A DNA stretch of 64,000 bases from an uncultured Bacteroidaceae bacterium (GTDB taxonomy: Bacteria > Bacteroidota > Bacteroidia > Bacteroidales > SM23-62), in NCBI GenBank assembly GCA_963777115.1, contig CAVZPP010000002.1, positions 1,355,834 to 1,419,833 on the forward strand, in the 5' to 3' direction. Of this stretch, positions 10,817 through 21,351 are shown piece after piece; within the stretch, counting starts at the first letter, position 1, and the number at the start of each line of letters is the position of its first letter. A program made the translations under genes and the position numbers. The notes under the pieces were generated by a model. The model did no database searches. It worked only from the letters and a program-made list of their open reading frames with translations, and was not told the DNA's origin.

Positions 10817-13800
10817 TTACAAATTGATTTCTTTATTTCCACGCGTGTTCTTGAGGAACTGGCTGGGAAGCGTGCCGAATGTTTCCTTGAAGCATTTTGT
10901 GAAATGTGATCGGCTTTGAATGCCCACGCTTAAATTGACTTCAGAGACCGGGACCTTTTCTTTTACCATCAGTTCGACAGCCTTATTCATCCTGAATGCC
11001 CTCAGAAACTCCGATGGTGTCTGGTTGGTAAGAGCCTTCATTTTTTTGTAAAAAAGGGATCGGTTGATGAATACCTTTTTACTGAACTGATTGCTGTCAA
11101 ACCCGGGATCGCTGAAATTATCCTCGGCAACAGCTTTCACTTTCATTAGCAGGTCCTTATCCATAGGATGCAGATCTTCCGAGGATATATCAAAGGGCAA
11201 TTTCAGACCTATCCTTTCCTTGATTTTATTGCGATTATAGAGGACAGATTTTAATTCCGCCTGCAACAAATCAATATCTACGGGTTTGGGGATATAATAA
11301 TCCGCTCCATGCTCCAATCCATTGATCCGGCTCTCAATATCACTCTTAGCACTCAGAAGGACCACGGGTATATGACATGTGAGTACATCCGTTTTCACCC
11401 TGTCACATAATTCTATACCATCCATCTCTGGCATCATTACATCGCTGAGGATCAGGTCAGGAAAATCTGATTTCATCAATTCAACAGCTTCCAGTCCATT
11501 GAAAGCGGTAACTAACCTGAAATCATCGCTCAGTACATCTTTAAGGAACTTCAGCATCCTGACATTATCCTCAACTATCATTACCAGTGACTTATAGCCG
11601 GTATCATTGATACCAGGTTGTTCAGCGATAATCCTGTTTACCATATTTTCCCTTTCGGGGGAAGAAGATACCGGGTCCTCCAGCTCCACCGGATTGCTTA
11701 TTTGATCATCTTCCAGGTGATCCTTTCCAATCAATAATGTCACAATAAAATCCGTTCCCTGTCCCGGTATACTGCTTACGGATATTGTTCCCTTATGAAG
11801 TTCAACAAGGGTTTTTACAAGTGAAAGTCCAATGCCGTAACCTCCGATGGAAGAATTTTCCTGGTAAAACCTTTCAAAAATTTGGGGTATTTTTTCAGCA
11901 GCAATGCCAATACCGGTATCCTTTACAGAAATATGAATCCGGTCCTCCTGCATATCCGGATATACTGCCAGGGTGATCCTGGAACCCTGTCTGGAATACT
12001 TAAAGGCATTGGATATCAGGTTATGTATTATCTTGTCCATGCTCTTGGGATCAATCCAGAGCATGATTTCAGTATCGGGGTGTACATAGTTCAAATCAAT
12101 CCGTTGTTCGGTGGACTGCCATTCGTAGGATTTCTTAATGTTATCAATAAATGGAATGATATCAAGATACTGGCATTTCAGCTCCAGTGTTTCTGATTCT
12201 GCTTTGCGGAAATACACCAGCTGGTCAAGCAGGTTTAAAAGGTAATCGGTCTGGTTTCGGATCAGGGAAAGATAACTTTTGAAGCGGCTGTCGCCATCAG
12301 TGTATTTCTGGAGATATTGAACCGGACCGGTAATCAATGAGATGGGTGTTTTGAATTCATGGGAAACATTCATAAAGAACTTTAACTTAGATTCATTTAA
12401 CTCACTCGTTTTCAATGATTCAATTTCTTCAATCTCAACCTTATGTTTAAGATCCAGGATCCTTCTGCTGTTTCTCAGGAGAAGCAGGAAAACAGCAATA
12501 ACAAGGGCAGCATAAAATACAATGACATACTTATTCCACCAGATGGGAGGTTTTATCGACAACTCAATTCTCTTCGATTCTGAAGACCACTGCCCATGGC
12601 TGTTTGCAGCAAAGAATTCGAAAGTATACCTGCCCGGTTTAACTTTTGCATAATTGGCAAATGTGTTTCCCTTATTGTAATAAATCCAATCCTCATCAAA
12701 TCCGTGTAGCTTGTATTTTAAGCGATTGGTGCGGGGATTTGATAAATGCAGTGCAAGGAGTTCGAATGAAAATGTATTTTGATTATGAGCAAGCTTGAGA
12801 TGATCTGTTTCTGCAATGGATTTCGGAAGTAATATTTTATTATTGATCGTTTCAAGCGGAAGCACCGTTTGGTAGAATAGTTGGAAACTTCCAAATTCGG
12901 GGATCGGAGGTATGGGGTTATCTTTTATCTCAGCCGGATTGAATAGGGTAAGTCCCTGATTTCCTCCCATAATCATTCTCTTATCTGACATAAGAAGAGC
13001 CGCAGAAGTGAAATAATCGCTTGGCAAACCATCGTACCTGTCATAAACAACGAACTGTCCTGAATCTTTCAGGAATTTATTCAATCCTTTGTTGGTGCTG
13101 ATCCATAGGTTCCCTGATTCATCTTCCAGGATAGCTTTCACGGCATTATTGGACAATCCTGACTCTTCATTATAGGTTGAAAACCTGATCCCTTCAGAAG
13201 TAAATTTTCCATGGCTGATCCCCCCTCCTTCAGTACCCACCCAAATATCATCCTCTGAGGTCCGGAGTATTGAGGAAACAAAATTGCTCTGAAGGTTTTC
13301 TTCTGCTTCCATTCCTGATGTGTATTGCCGGAAGTGGACTGTCCCACTCTCCTTATATGTATTGCTCACATCAATATTGATCAGTCCCTTGTGAAAAGTT
13401 CCAAGCCATAGTGTATGATCAAAGGGATCATTATAAAGTACCTTGGCAATTATAGGGGAATCATCAGCCTTGATCTCCAGTGAATAATTTTCAATGCCGG
13501 ATATATAGTTATCTTTCCCGATATTGAGTTTCTTCAGACCGGAGCGGGTTCCCAGCCAGATAGAACCAAAATCATCCTCGCAAATCCCGTCTATATCCTC
13601 TTCTATTTCTTTAATCTCTAGCAATTCATTGCTTTGTGGGATCAGGTAATAGAGAGCATCCCAGGTCCTGATCCAAAGTATATCCCTGGAATCAATGAAC
13701 ATAGTGGAAACGGATTTATCCCTGAGTGGATTGAAATAATTCTCCGGTTTGATAAACTGTCCGGCTGTACTATTCAGCAGGTAAACCCCTTTCTCCCTGG

Positions 13801-14933
13801 TGCCAACGAGTATCTTCTCCTTTTCCAGTTGAAGGAAGGACAATATAATATCGGAGTTCAGACCATAGGTTCCGGAATTATGAATACCAAGGTTATTGAA
13901 AACATGAGATGCCAGGTTATATTTATTCATCCCCATCACCGTAGAGCCAATCCATAAAATACCCTGCCGGTCTTCAAACAGGCACCTTAAGCGATCGCTT
14001 GAAAGGGAATTATTGTCCCCTGCGTTGCTGTGGAAGGACTGAACTTTATATTCACCGTTCTCATACACGATCTTTTTCAGACCATCATCATTCATTGCAG
14101 CCCAGATATTTGATTCACGATCAATCAGAATACTTCTGACTTCTTTTCCCGGGTAAAATGTTTGAAGATGAGTTATTATTGTATTAGGATCAGACCTGAT
14201 TAAACGGGCCAGAATTATACCATTTTCTGAATCCAAGCCATACCAGGGAATCATTCTGGATGGTGATGGACCGGTAATTATGACCCCTGAAATTTTCATT
14301 GTGAATATTTGTCTCAAGGGTAAGATCGGCATCTACAATGAGCAGACCCGCGCTTGAGGCAAGATAATAGTTACCACTCTGGTCAGAGTCAACATCATAA
14401 AACTGTGTCTGGCCATTCCGGCTATTCTGATAATAGATATTCCTGCATGAGCTCCGGTCTTTATGAATAATATAGATATTGTTATTATTACTAAGCACCC
14501 ATAATCTTTGCCTGCTGTCCTCAAATAGCTTTGCAACATGTAAACCTTTATTCACAAATCCTTCCAGTTGAAGGCTGTTGAATTTCTCGGTGAGGGGGTC
14601 ATAAGAGCATAATCCCTCCTCAGTTCCAATCCAGAGTATACCATCATGGGATTCCAGAATGGTTTTAACACGATTGTTTATAAGGCTTGTTGAATCATCA
14701 GGCTTATGGTTGAAAATCCTGAAACTGAGTCCGTCGTAACGGTTTAAACCGTCATAGGTGCCAATCCATAAGAACCCTTTTGAATCCTGGTAAATTGAGT
14801 TCACTCCGATATGGGACAAGCCTTCCGAGCTTGAGATATGTTCGAAAAAACCACCCTGATCCTGCTGTGCATCAGAAATTCGGAACAGTAAGCTCAGTAG
14901 CACTGCAGTACCGTATATAAAAAAGGATTTCAT
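10817..14933 (-). pseudogene. Hybrid two-component system sensor kinase/response regulator with AraC-type HTH (HTCS), frameshifted
   Basis: ORF 14190..14933 carries a signal peptide and the first propeller repeats (LWIGTYDGLNRYD, LWIGTEEGL). ORF 10817..14332 carries more repeats, a TM helix, HisKA (FMNVSHEFKTPISLI), an HATPase (GIGIAAEKIPQIFERFYQ, GYGIGLSLVK), a receiver (MIVEDNV...LILSDVMMPEMDG) and an AraC HTH tail. The two ORFs overlap in different frames. The combined length is typical for a Bacteroidota HTCS. Confidence 0.85.
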
Positions 14934-14947
14934 CAGGGAATTCTTTT

Positions 14948-16556
14948 CTATTTGTTGCTGAGGGCTTGTTTAAGGGGTCTAATATACAGATTTCTATATC
15001 GGATCAGTAATTCATCTTTCGAGTGAAGTTGAAGAGCGATATGACCTTTTAATCCGACATTCAATGCCTTATGGATTTCATCATCAAGGATTCCGGCAGC
15101 ATCAAATTTACTGACACGCTTACCATTCACAAATGTCCGGATCTGCATCCCCTGGCATATCAATTCAAGGCTGTTCCATGCATCCGGATCCTCATCAGCG
15201 TAAACCAGCTTAGTCCCAAGGGCAGTTTTCGGGGCTTGTTCCTCTAGAATTTTTGAGTTTGGAAGGGAGGGATATATCCATCGCTGAACTCCCCGGGTCT
15301 CATCGTATATCAATCCGCATCGTACCGGCCAGGGAGGGTGAATATCAATTTGGGGACCATTCAGCCAGCCTCCGGAAGATTTCTCGTCAGATTCATTAAA
15401 CCTGCTTCGGAACTGTATCCCACTATTTCCTGTTGAATTTTTGAATGCCTGGAATTCCAGTCTTAACTGGAAATCTCCATATTCCCCATCGCTTACCAGC
15501 CAGTAATAATTATGACCGGGTTTTCCCAGTGAATTGCATTCAATGAATCCATCCTCTGCTGTCCAGTAAACCTTATCTCTGTCCTCCGGAAGGCATTCAA
15601 AATGCCAGCCATCCAGGTTTTCTCCATTATAAAGGTTTTTCCATCCATCAACATCCCTGTAAACCATGCCAAATTCCTGAAGGGATATTTCAGTAGCTGT
15701 CGGGAAATTATCCGGAACCATTGCTGAAACTTTACTTCCAGCCAACCACTGAACAGTCCTGATAAATGTGGTCTGGAATGCCACACACTGAATGCTTGGA
15801 GGCATACGCATATCATGCCATAGATGACCGGTAGTTGCATTATATACTCTGCCCTTTCCATATTCCACGATCCAGTCCACCGGCCAGTTCTTATCCGTAA
15901 TGGAATCATAGGTATATGACAGTACCTGTAGATTTTCTGCCGGTCCTCTTGCATACACATAAAGTTCCATATCCGGACTCATCCATCTTGTCAGGATATC
16001 CCTGGTTAATGGGATGGTCCTTTAGTTTTTCAACCAGGATATCCCTGCGCTTTCCCATGGCTTGTTTTGCTCCCTGTCCCGCAGGAATTCTATGCATCTG
16101 ACCGTCGATTATTTCAATGGCAACACCCTGGTCAGGCTTCCTCCATCCCAGTCCGATCATCTTATTATATTCTTCCCATTTTTCAAAAGAGTTATTGCCG
16201 GAATGAAAAACATAAAGGCCTCCCCCTCCTTTCATGTACTTCTCAAAATCTGCCTGGACCTTTTCCGGCCAGTAATTACCATTCCCAAGACTGTTACAAT
16301 TCTGAACGATAACATCGTACTTTTTAAAGTCAGGTCGCCATTGTTCAAATCCCGGAGCATCTTCCAGTGGTGCTGTGCTTATATCCACTTCAAAGGATCC
16401 GGAGTTTTCGAGCATGCTGGTAATTACTTCGGTTGTATAGGACCAGTCATGATTGCTGAATCCATCAATGATCAAGACTTTTGCATCAGGTTTGAGTCCG
16501 AAGGATGTGACCGAGATAAATACCAGAAATGATGAAATGAAGAAGGTCTTTTTCAT
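14948..16556 (-). pseudogene. Secreted ThuA-like domain fused to a DUF1080 (3-keto-disaccharide-hydrolase-like) domain, frameshifted
   Basis: ORF 15906..16556 has a signal peptide and ThuA-like motifs (VLIIDGFSNHDW, GGGLYVFHSGNNSF, HPINQGYP). ORF 14948..15982 has ELYVYARGPAENLQVL followed by DUF1080-like motifs (WKNLYNGENLDGW, NSGIQFRS, GHIALQLHSKDELLIRYRNLYIRPL). The two join only after a 1-nt correction near 15984-15992, giving ...YPDK/WMSPDMELY.... Confidence 0.75.
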
Positions 16557-16604
16557 ATCATAAAGTTCTCGTTAATTCTGTACTTATATTATTTCTGCCA
16601 GAAA

Positions 16605-17717
16605 TCAGGGGCCAGTAATATCCTCCCATCCCCTTGTCCGTATCTCCTCTCCCACTTCCTTAAATACTTTGACATCATGAGGATGGATTTTTCCTGATGG
16701 AAGAGGACCCGTATTCAATAAGACGTTTGCAGGTAGCTCCCTGGCATTTCTCAGCATTTCAAGAACATCCTCCTTGCTTCTATGCCTGCCATCATCCGCC
16801 TTCATATAGCCCCATCCCTTGGGCTGCATGGTATTGCATAATTCAAGGGGTTTATCCACAGCTCCCTTATAGTGCCTTTCAGGTGCATTAAAATCTTCAG
16901 TACCGATCAAACCCTGCTTATAGGATACCAGTACCTGTGATTGCTGTTCATGGATCATATCGTACAGCTCCTGGCATCTGAACAGGGAGAAATCACCGGA
17001 TTTCGGGGTAGATATCCCATCCAGCCATATTCCCGCAAGGGGAGAAAACATCTCAAGTAATTCCCTGACCTGATTACTCACGAATTCAATATAAATTTCC
17101 AGGTCATGCTCCTCCCCGTATTTATAGGAAGGATCGGGCGGATCGTAATCCGGACGTCCCCTTTTCCATTTATCATTATTCGGGGCATGCGGATGCTTCC
17201 AGTCCCGCCCGTGTGAATAATAAAAAAACAGTCCCAGTCCCTTTTTGTTACATTGCTCCGATAGCTCTGCCAGCAGGTCTCTTTTTGCAGGTGTGTTAGT
17301 GGATTTAAAATCTGAATATTTTGTATCCCATAAACAGAAACTGTCGTGGTGCTTGGTAGTAATATTAATATATTTCATTTCCGCCTCCAGGGCCATGTCC
17401 GTAATAAAATCCGCGTCAAACTCGGAGGCAGTAAATTGCTCGGTTAGCCTGGCATATTCCTGCACCGGGATCTTTTCCCTCAGCTGCACCCATTCATGTC
17501 TTCCCAGCAGGGAATATAAACCGTAATGCATGAATAATCCATAACGGGCATTTTTAAACCATTCAAGATTAGCCTTCCGGGGATTCTCCATCCAGGTGTC
17601 TTCATGGTCTTGCAGAAATGCAGGGGCTTTCCCACGCGATCCGGCAGCACATCCGGGGAATAAAATCATTCCTGTACCAGCTGCCAGGCTGGTATTTAGA
17701 AAATCTCTTCTTTTCAT
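16605..17717 (-). CDS. GH29 alpha-L-fucosidase with Tat-type signal and lipobox
   Basis: 370 aa. The N-terminus is MKRRDFLNTSLAAGTGMILFPGCAAG. GH29 core motifs are present: ARYGLFMHYGLYSLLGRHEW and MKYINITTKHHDSFCLWDTKYS. Confidence 0.85.
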   Translation of the reverse strand: MKRRDFLNTSLAAGTGMILFPGCAAGSRGKAPAFLQDHEDTWMENPRKANLEWFKNARYGLFMHYGLYSLLGRHEWVQLREKIPVQEYARLTEQFTASEFDADFITDMALEAEMKYINITTKHHDSFCLWDTKYSDFKSTNTPAKRDLLAELSEQCNKKGLGLFFYYSHGRDWKHPHAPNNDKWKRGRPDYDPPDPSYKYGEEHDLEIYIEFVSNQVRELLEMFSPLAGIWLDGISTPKSGDFSLFRCQELYDMIHEQQSQVLVSYKQGLIGTEDFNAPERHYKGAVDKPLELCNTMQPKGWGYMKADDGRHRSKEDVLEMLRNARELPANVLLNTGPLPSGKIHPHDVKVFKEVGEEIRTRGWEDITGP

Positions 17718-17756
17718 AGTATTGATTGAGTATTTTAATTTCGTTCAATCAGCAAA

Positions 17757-18779
17757 TCAGACCAATTTCAAAATGTTTTCCCAGGTTTCTCTGTTTACCG
17801 GGATACCCTCCTTCTCATTTTCTTCTCTTCTCTTCCAGGTTTCCTGGCCGGGATAACGAACGGACTGGCCTTCTTCCATCGGATTACATCCTGTAACTGA
17901 CTGTATTATTTCACTTACTTTTTCCTTCCTGCTCTCCTTATCCGTAAGCTGTTCAAGGTCAAAGGCCATGAAAAACTGGGACAGGGATCGCTCATCATCC
18001 AGCTTACCTATGTCATTGGTACTCAATCCATCTGACAACAAAGTCACCATCAAATCCATCATCATCGACATTCCGGAGCCTTTCCAGTATCCCATGGGAA
18101 GGGCCAGTTCGGTCTCCAGGATTTTGGATGGATCATTGGTGAGTTTTAGATCTTTGTCAAATCCCCCGTCAAAAGGAAGATTCTTACCTGCCTGTTTGAG
18201 TATTTCAAATTTACCATAGGAAAACTGTGACATCGCCATATCCAATAAAACGGGATTAGGAGAATCAGGTACCGCAACTATAAAAGGATTGTTTCCAACT
18301 TTTGGTTCCTGTCCCCCCCAGGGTGGCATATTGGGTTTGGTATTTGTCATACAAATGCCAATGCAATCATTTTTAGCTGCCTGTATCCCATAGGATCCCC
18401 CTCTCATCCAGTGGTTGGTATTGCGTATAGCGATCATTCCTGTTCCGTGTTCCTTAGCCAGGGAGATGGCCCTTTCCATACAGAACCAGGCATTAAGATT
18501 TCCGGGACCGAGATTCCCTTCCCAGCGCTCAAAATTACCGAAGGATTGAATCAGGGAGGGCGATGCATCTGGCCACACCAGGCGTTTGTGAATATACTGG
18601 ATAAACAGGGGAAAGCGGTTTAATCCATGGGAATAAACCCCGTCAAGAGTAGTCTCGGTAAAAAGAGTTGCACATAGATCAGCCCTGGCTTCTGAAAAAC
18701 CATGGTGCAACAATACTTTGATCAGGGTTACCTTAATTTCCTCATAACCCAGGCGAATAGTATCTCCTGATTCTTCCAT
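17757..18779 (-). CDS. Ldh_2-family (malate/L-lactate dehydrogenase 2) oxidoreductase, 2,3-diketo-L-gulonate reductase (DlgD/YiaK)-like
   Basis: 340 aa. From memory it aligns along its whole length with E. coli YiaK. Shared motifs are GVYSHGLNRFPLFIQ, IRNTNHWMRGGSYG, MPPWGG, GNNPFIVAVP, DMAMSQFSYGK and LPMGYWKGSGMSMMMD. Confidence 0.75.
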   Translation of the reverse strand: MEESGDTIRLGYEEIKVTLIKVLLHHGFSEARADLCATLFTETTLDGVYSHGLNRFPLFIQYIHKRLVWPDASPSLIQSFGNFERWEGNLGPGNLNAWFCMERAISLAKEHGTGMIAIRNTNHWMRGGSYGIQAAKNDCIGICMTNTKPNMPPWGGQEPKVGNNPFIVAVPDSPNPVLLDMAMSQFSYGKFEILKQAGKNLPFDGGFDKDLKLTNDPSKILETELALPMGYWKGSGMSMMMDLMVTLLSDGLSTNDIGKLDDERSLSQFFMAFDLEQLTDKESRKEKVSEIIQSVTGCNPMEEGQSVRYPGQETWKRREENEKEGIPVNRETWENILKLV

Positions 18780-18791
18780 GTTTTGGATAGA

Positions 18792-20315
18792 TTAAAAATT
18801 TCCAGCGTTGTCCGGTCTGTTTTCTTCAGTTACACCCAGGGATTTCATTCTTATCTTATATTCATCATTAGATTCTCCTGGAAGAAGGAAAACGTCACTG
18901 GGTGTGTGTTCGGATTGCATAATCTCGTCAATTTTGCTGTATATCTCAGGATACTTTTCAGAGAGATCCGTATCCTGTTCCGGATTATTTTCCAGATCAT
19001 ATATTTCCAGTTTTCCCTTTTTGTTTTTAAACCCATACCATTTGCCCATTCGAACAGCCTGTTCGGCCTTATATTCCCAGTAAAGAAATTCATGTTCTTT
19101 CTGCTCCTCAATTTGTCCCAACAAAGTAGGCAGAAAGGAAATCCCGTCTGTATTTCCCGGCGTTTCAACTCCAGCCAGGTCGGCAGCAGTAGGAAGGAAA
19201 TCCCAGAATGCCCATATATGATCACTGACTGTGCCTGCCTCAATAACACCTGGCCAGCGAGCCATGGCAGGAACATTAAATGCTCCGTCATAAATGTCGC
19301 CCTTACCGCCACGGGTTGGTGAAAAGCTGTTAAAGAAGATTTCATTGGGCGTTTCATCCTCCTTGGCATTTCCACCGGTATTCCCGTTATCAGAGGCAAA
19401 TATTACGAGTGTATTATTATCTATTTTCAGCTCCTTCAGTAGATTAAGCAGCTTGCCGACCTCATCATCCACACGGGTAACCATGGATGCATAGATCTTA
19501 TGAGAGAGAGGCCAGTCCAGGTCCTTATAAATATTCAGGTCCGGTGCGATATAGGAACCGTGAGGGGGTGTATAGGCCAGATACAGGAAGAAGGGATCCT
19601 CAGAATTATTACGAACGAATTCAAGAGATTTTTCACAGTATTCATCAAAGGCATATTTAGCCTTTGTATGATCTTCAATTCCCAGAGGGTGACAGATCCC
19701 ATTTTCATCATAGGGCTGATCTTCCTTGTAATTCTCAGGGAGGTGGTGAGTCCCGTTCTCAGGATAATATACCCTTTCCCCGTTATGGTATAAAAATTCT
19801 GGATAATGGCAATGTGCATGCCTCTGGTTCAGGTAACCATAAGATTCGTCGAAGCCCATTACCGGCGGTATTCCGTACTGATCATGGTTGGCGAGTCCCC
19901 ATTTACCAAACAAACCTGTTTTATACCCGGCTTCCTTCAGCAGCATGGCAACGGTATAGTCCCCTTCTCTCAGGGTTTCACGGAAGCCGTTGATCATATT
20001 ATCCCTTACCCTTGCATGTCCGGGATGCAAACCCTGCATGAGTGTAGACCGGGCAGGAGCACAAACTGCATTGCCTGCATAGGCCTGGGTAAATTTTATT
20101 CCCTCTGTAGCCAGGAGATCGATGTTTGGTGTTTTAATTTTTTCCTGTCCGTAGCAACCGATATCCCCGTAGCTCAGGTCATCCACCAGGATGAAAACAA
20201 TATTGGGTTGATCAGGATTGTCCTGTGCAGATTTTTTCTGGTTGGTTGATTTCCCGGTGCAGGCTGCCAGGCTGGCTAATAGTAATAATAATAAGAGATT
20301 ATTTAAATACTTCAT
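18792..20315 (-). CDS. S1-family (formylglycine-dependent) sulfatase, lipoprotein
   Basis: 507 aa with a signal peptide plus Cys (LAACTG). It has the metal-binding start FILVDDLSYGDIGCYG and the C-x-P-x-R formylglycine motif (AVCAPARSTLMQG). Confidence 0.9.
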   Translation of the reverse strand: MKYLNNLLLLLLLASLAACTGKSTNQKKSAQDNPDQPNIVFILVDDLSYGDIGCYGQEKIKTPNIDLLATEGIKFTQAYAGNAVCAPARSTLMQGLHPGHARVRDNMINGFRETLREGDYTVAMLLKEAGYKTGLFGKWGLANHDQYGIPPVMGFDESYGYLNQRHAHCHYPEFLYHNGERVYYPENGTHHLPENYKEDQPYDENGICHPLGIEDHTKAKYAFDEYCEKSLEFVRNNSEDPFFLYLAYTPPHGSYIAPDLNIYKDLDWPLSHKIYASMVTRVDDEVGKLLNLLKELKIDNNTLVIFASDNGNTGGNAKEDETPNEIFFNSFSPTRGGKGDIYDGAFNVPAMARWPGVIEAGTVSDHIWAFWDFLPTAADLAGVETPGNTDGISFLPTLLGQIEEQKEHEFLYWEYKAEQAVRMGKWYGFKNKKGKLEIYDLENNPEQDTDLSEKYPEIYSKIDEIMQSEHTPSDVFLLPGESNDEYKIRMKSLGVTEENRPDNAGNF

Positions 20316-20372
20316 GCCTGTGATTAATTAGTTTAGTTTTAGTTTAGTGTCTATCTATTCAATGGATTCTCA

Positions 20373-21296
20373 TTATCTGAAAACAGCTATCAGCTCCTGG
20401 TGAAAACTATCCACCTTGACATAGGGATCACCTTTTCCGAGTGATTCAATGGGCAGGTAGCCCTTATAATCTGAGCCGGCAACTATATTCTTCAGTCTGG
20501 GGATATCAAGGGGTGTTCTCTCCTGGTTAATAAAGACATCCTCCTTTACCTGCCAGCTGATCGCGTGTTTAATCGTTTCTTCAATATCCACATATGGATC
20601 AGGGGTACGGTAAGATCCCACATCCAGCATGAGGCCTACCCATTCATGATTAACCATGGCCATAAACTTATTTACCTCTTCCGCTGTTTTCAGAAAATTA
20701 TTATGATTCTGGATCTCAAGAACCACTCCATAACTTTTGGCAACATCGGCACTTTTCTTAATTTCTTCAGCTGCCCAGCCAGCAATTTCATCCCAGGTAT
20801 AGTCTGTTGAAATTTTTGGTCCCTGAAGTATCCTTATTGCAGGCGCTCCAAGTTTCTGAGCCACTATAAGCCACTCACGGATAAATTCCTGGTCCTGTTC
20901 ACGTACGGCAGGATCCGGATTGCAAAAATCATTTCTTATCCCGGTCCCACAAATATGGATTCCCAGCTCAAATGCTCGCTTTTTGACGCTGTTAATGTAT
21001 TCATCACTTGGAGGTTCAGGATATCCGGGGAAGTAGTATCCCGTGATGTCTACCGCCTTAATTCCAATTTCAGAGCAATACTCCAATAGATCAAAAACGT
21101 CCATGCTTCCTTCCCTCAAATTGGCATTGAAAGAATAGGCATTTAAGGCAAATTTACTATTGACCTTAGGGGAAGGCTCTTGGCAATCAGAAGATTCGAC
21201 ATTGGTTTTACATGAAGTTCCAATTATTAGTGGAATAGTACAAGCTATTGCAAACAAAATTCTAGTACCGGGTTTGATTCGTTTTGATTTCATCAT
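20373..21296 (-). CDS. Secreted xylose-isomerase-like TIM-barrel protein (sugar phosphate isomerase/epimerase, AP_endonuc_2 fold)
   Basis: 307 aa with an N-terminal signal and lipobox-like IGTSCK. TIM-barrel pattern: FALNAYSF, IKAVDITGYYFPGYP, GAPAIRILQG, VVLEIQNHNNF, GLMLDVGSY. Confidence 0.75.
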   Translation of the reverse strand: MMKSKRIKPGTRILFAIACTIPLIIGTSCKTNVESSDCQEPSPKVNSKFALNAYSFNANLREGSMDVFDLLEYCSEIGIKAVDITGYYFPGYPEPPSDEYINSVKKRAFELGIHICGTGIRNDFCNPDPAVREQDQEFIREWLIVAQKLGAPAIRILQGPKISTDYTWDEIAGWAAEEIKKSADVAKSYGVVLEIQNHNNFLKTAEEVNKFMAMVNHEWVGLMLDVGSYRTPDPYVDIEETIKHAISWQVKEDVFINQERTPLDIPRLKNIVAGSDYKGYLPIESLGKGDPYVKVDSFHQELIAVFR

Positions 21297-21351
21297 TGTT
21301 TATTTGGGTTTATATTCCAGATTATTAGTTTATTACCAGTAACAGGTTCAA

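Noticed and set aside
15493-16532. Overlapping ORFs of 155 aa (minus, alternate frame) and 156/81 aa (plus)
   Set aside because: All are nested in the ThuA-DUF1080 gene, whose frame carries clear family motifs. The alternates have none.
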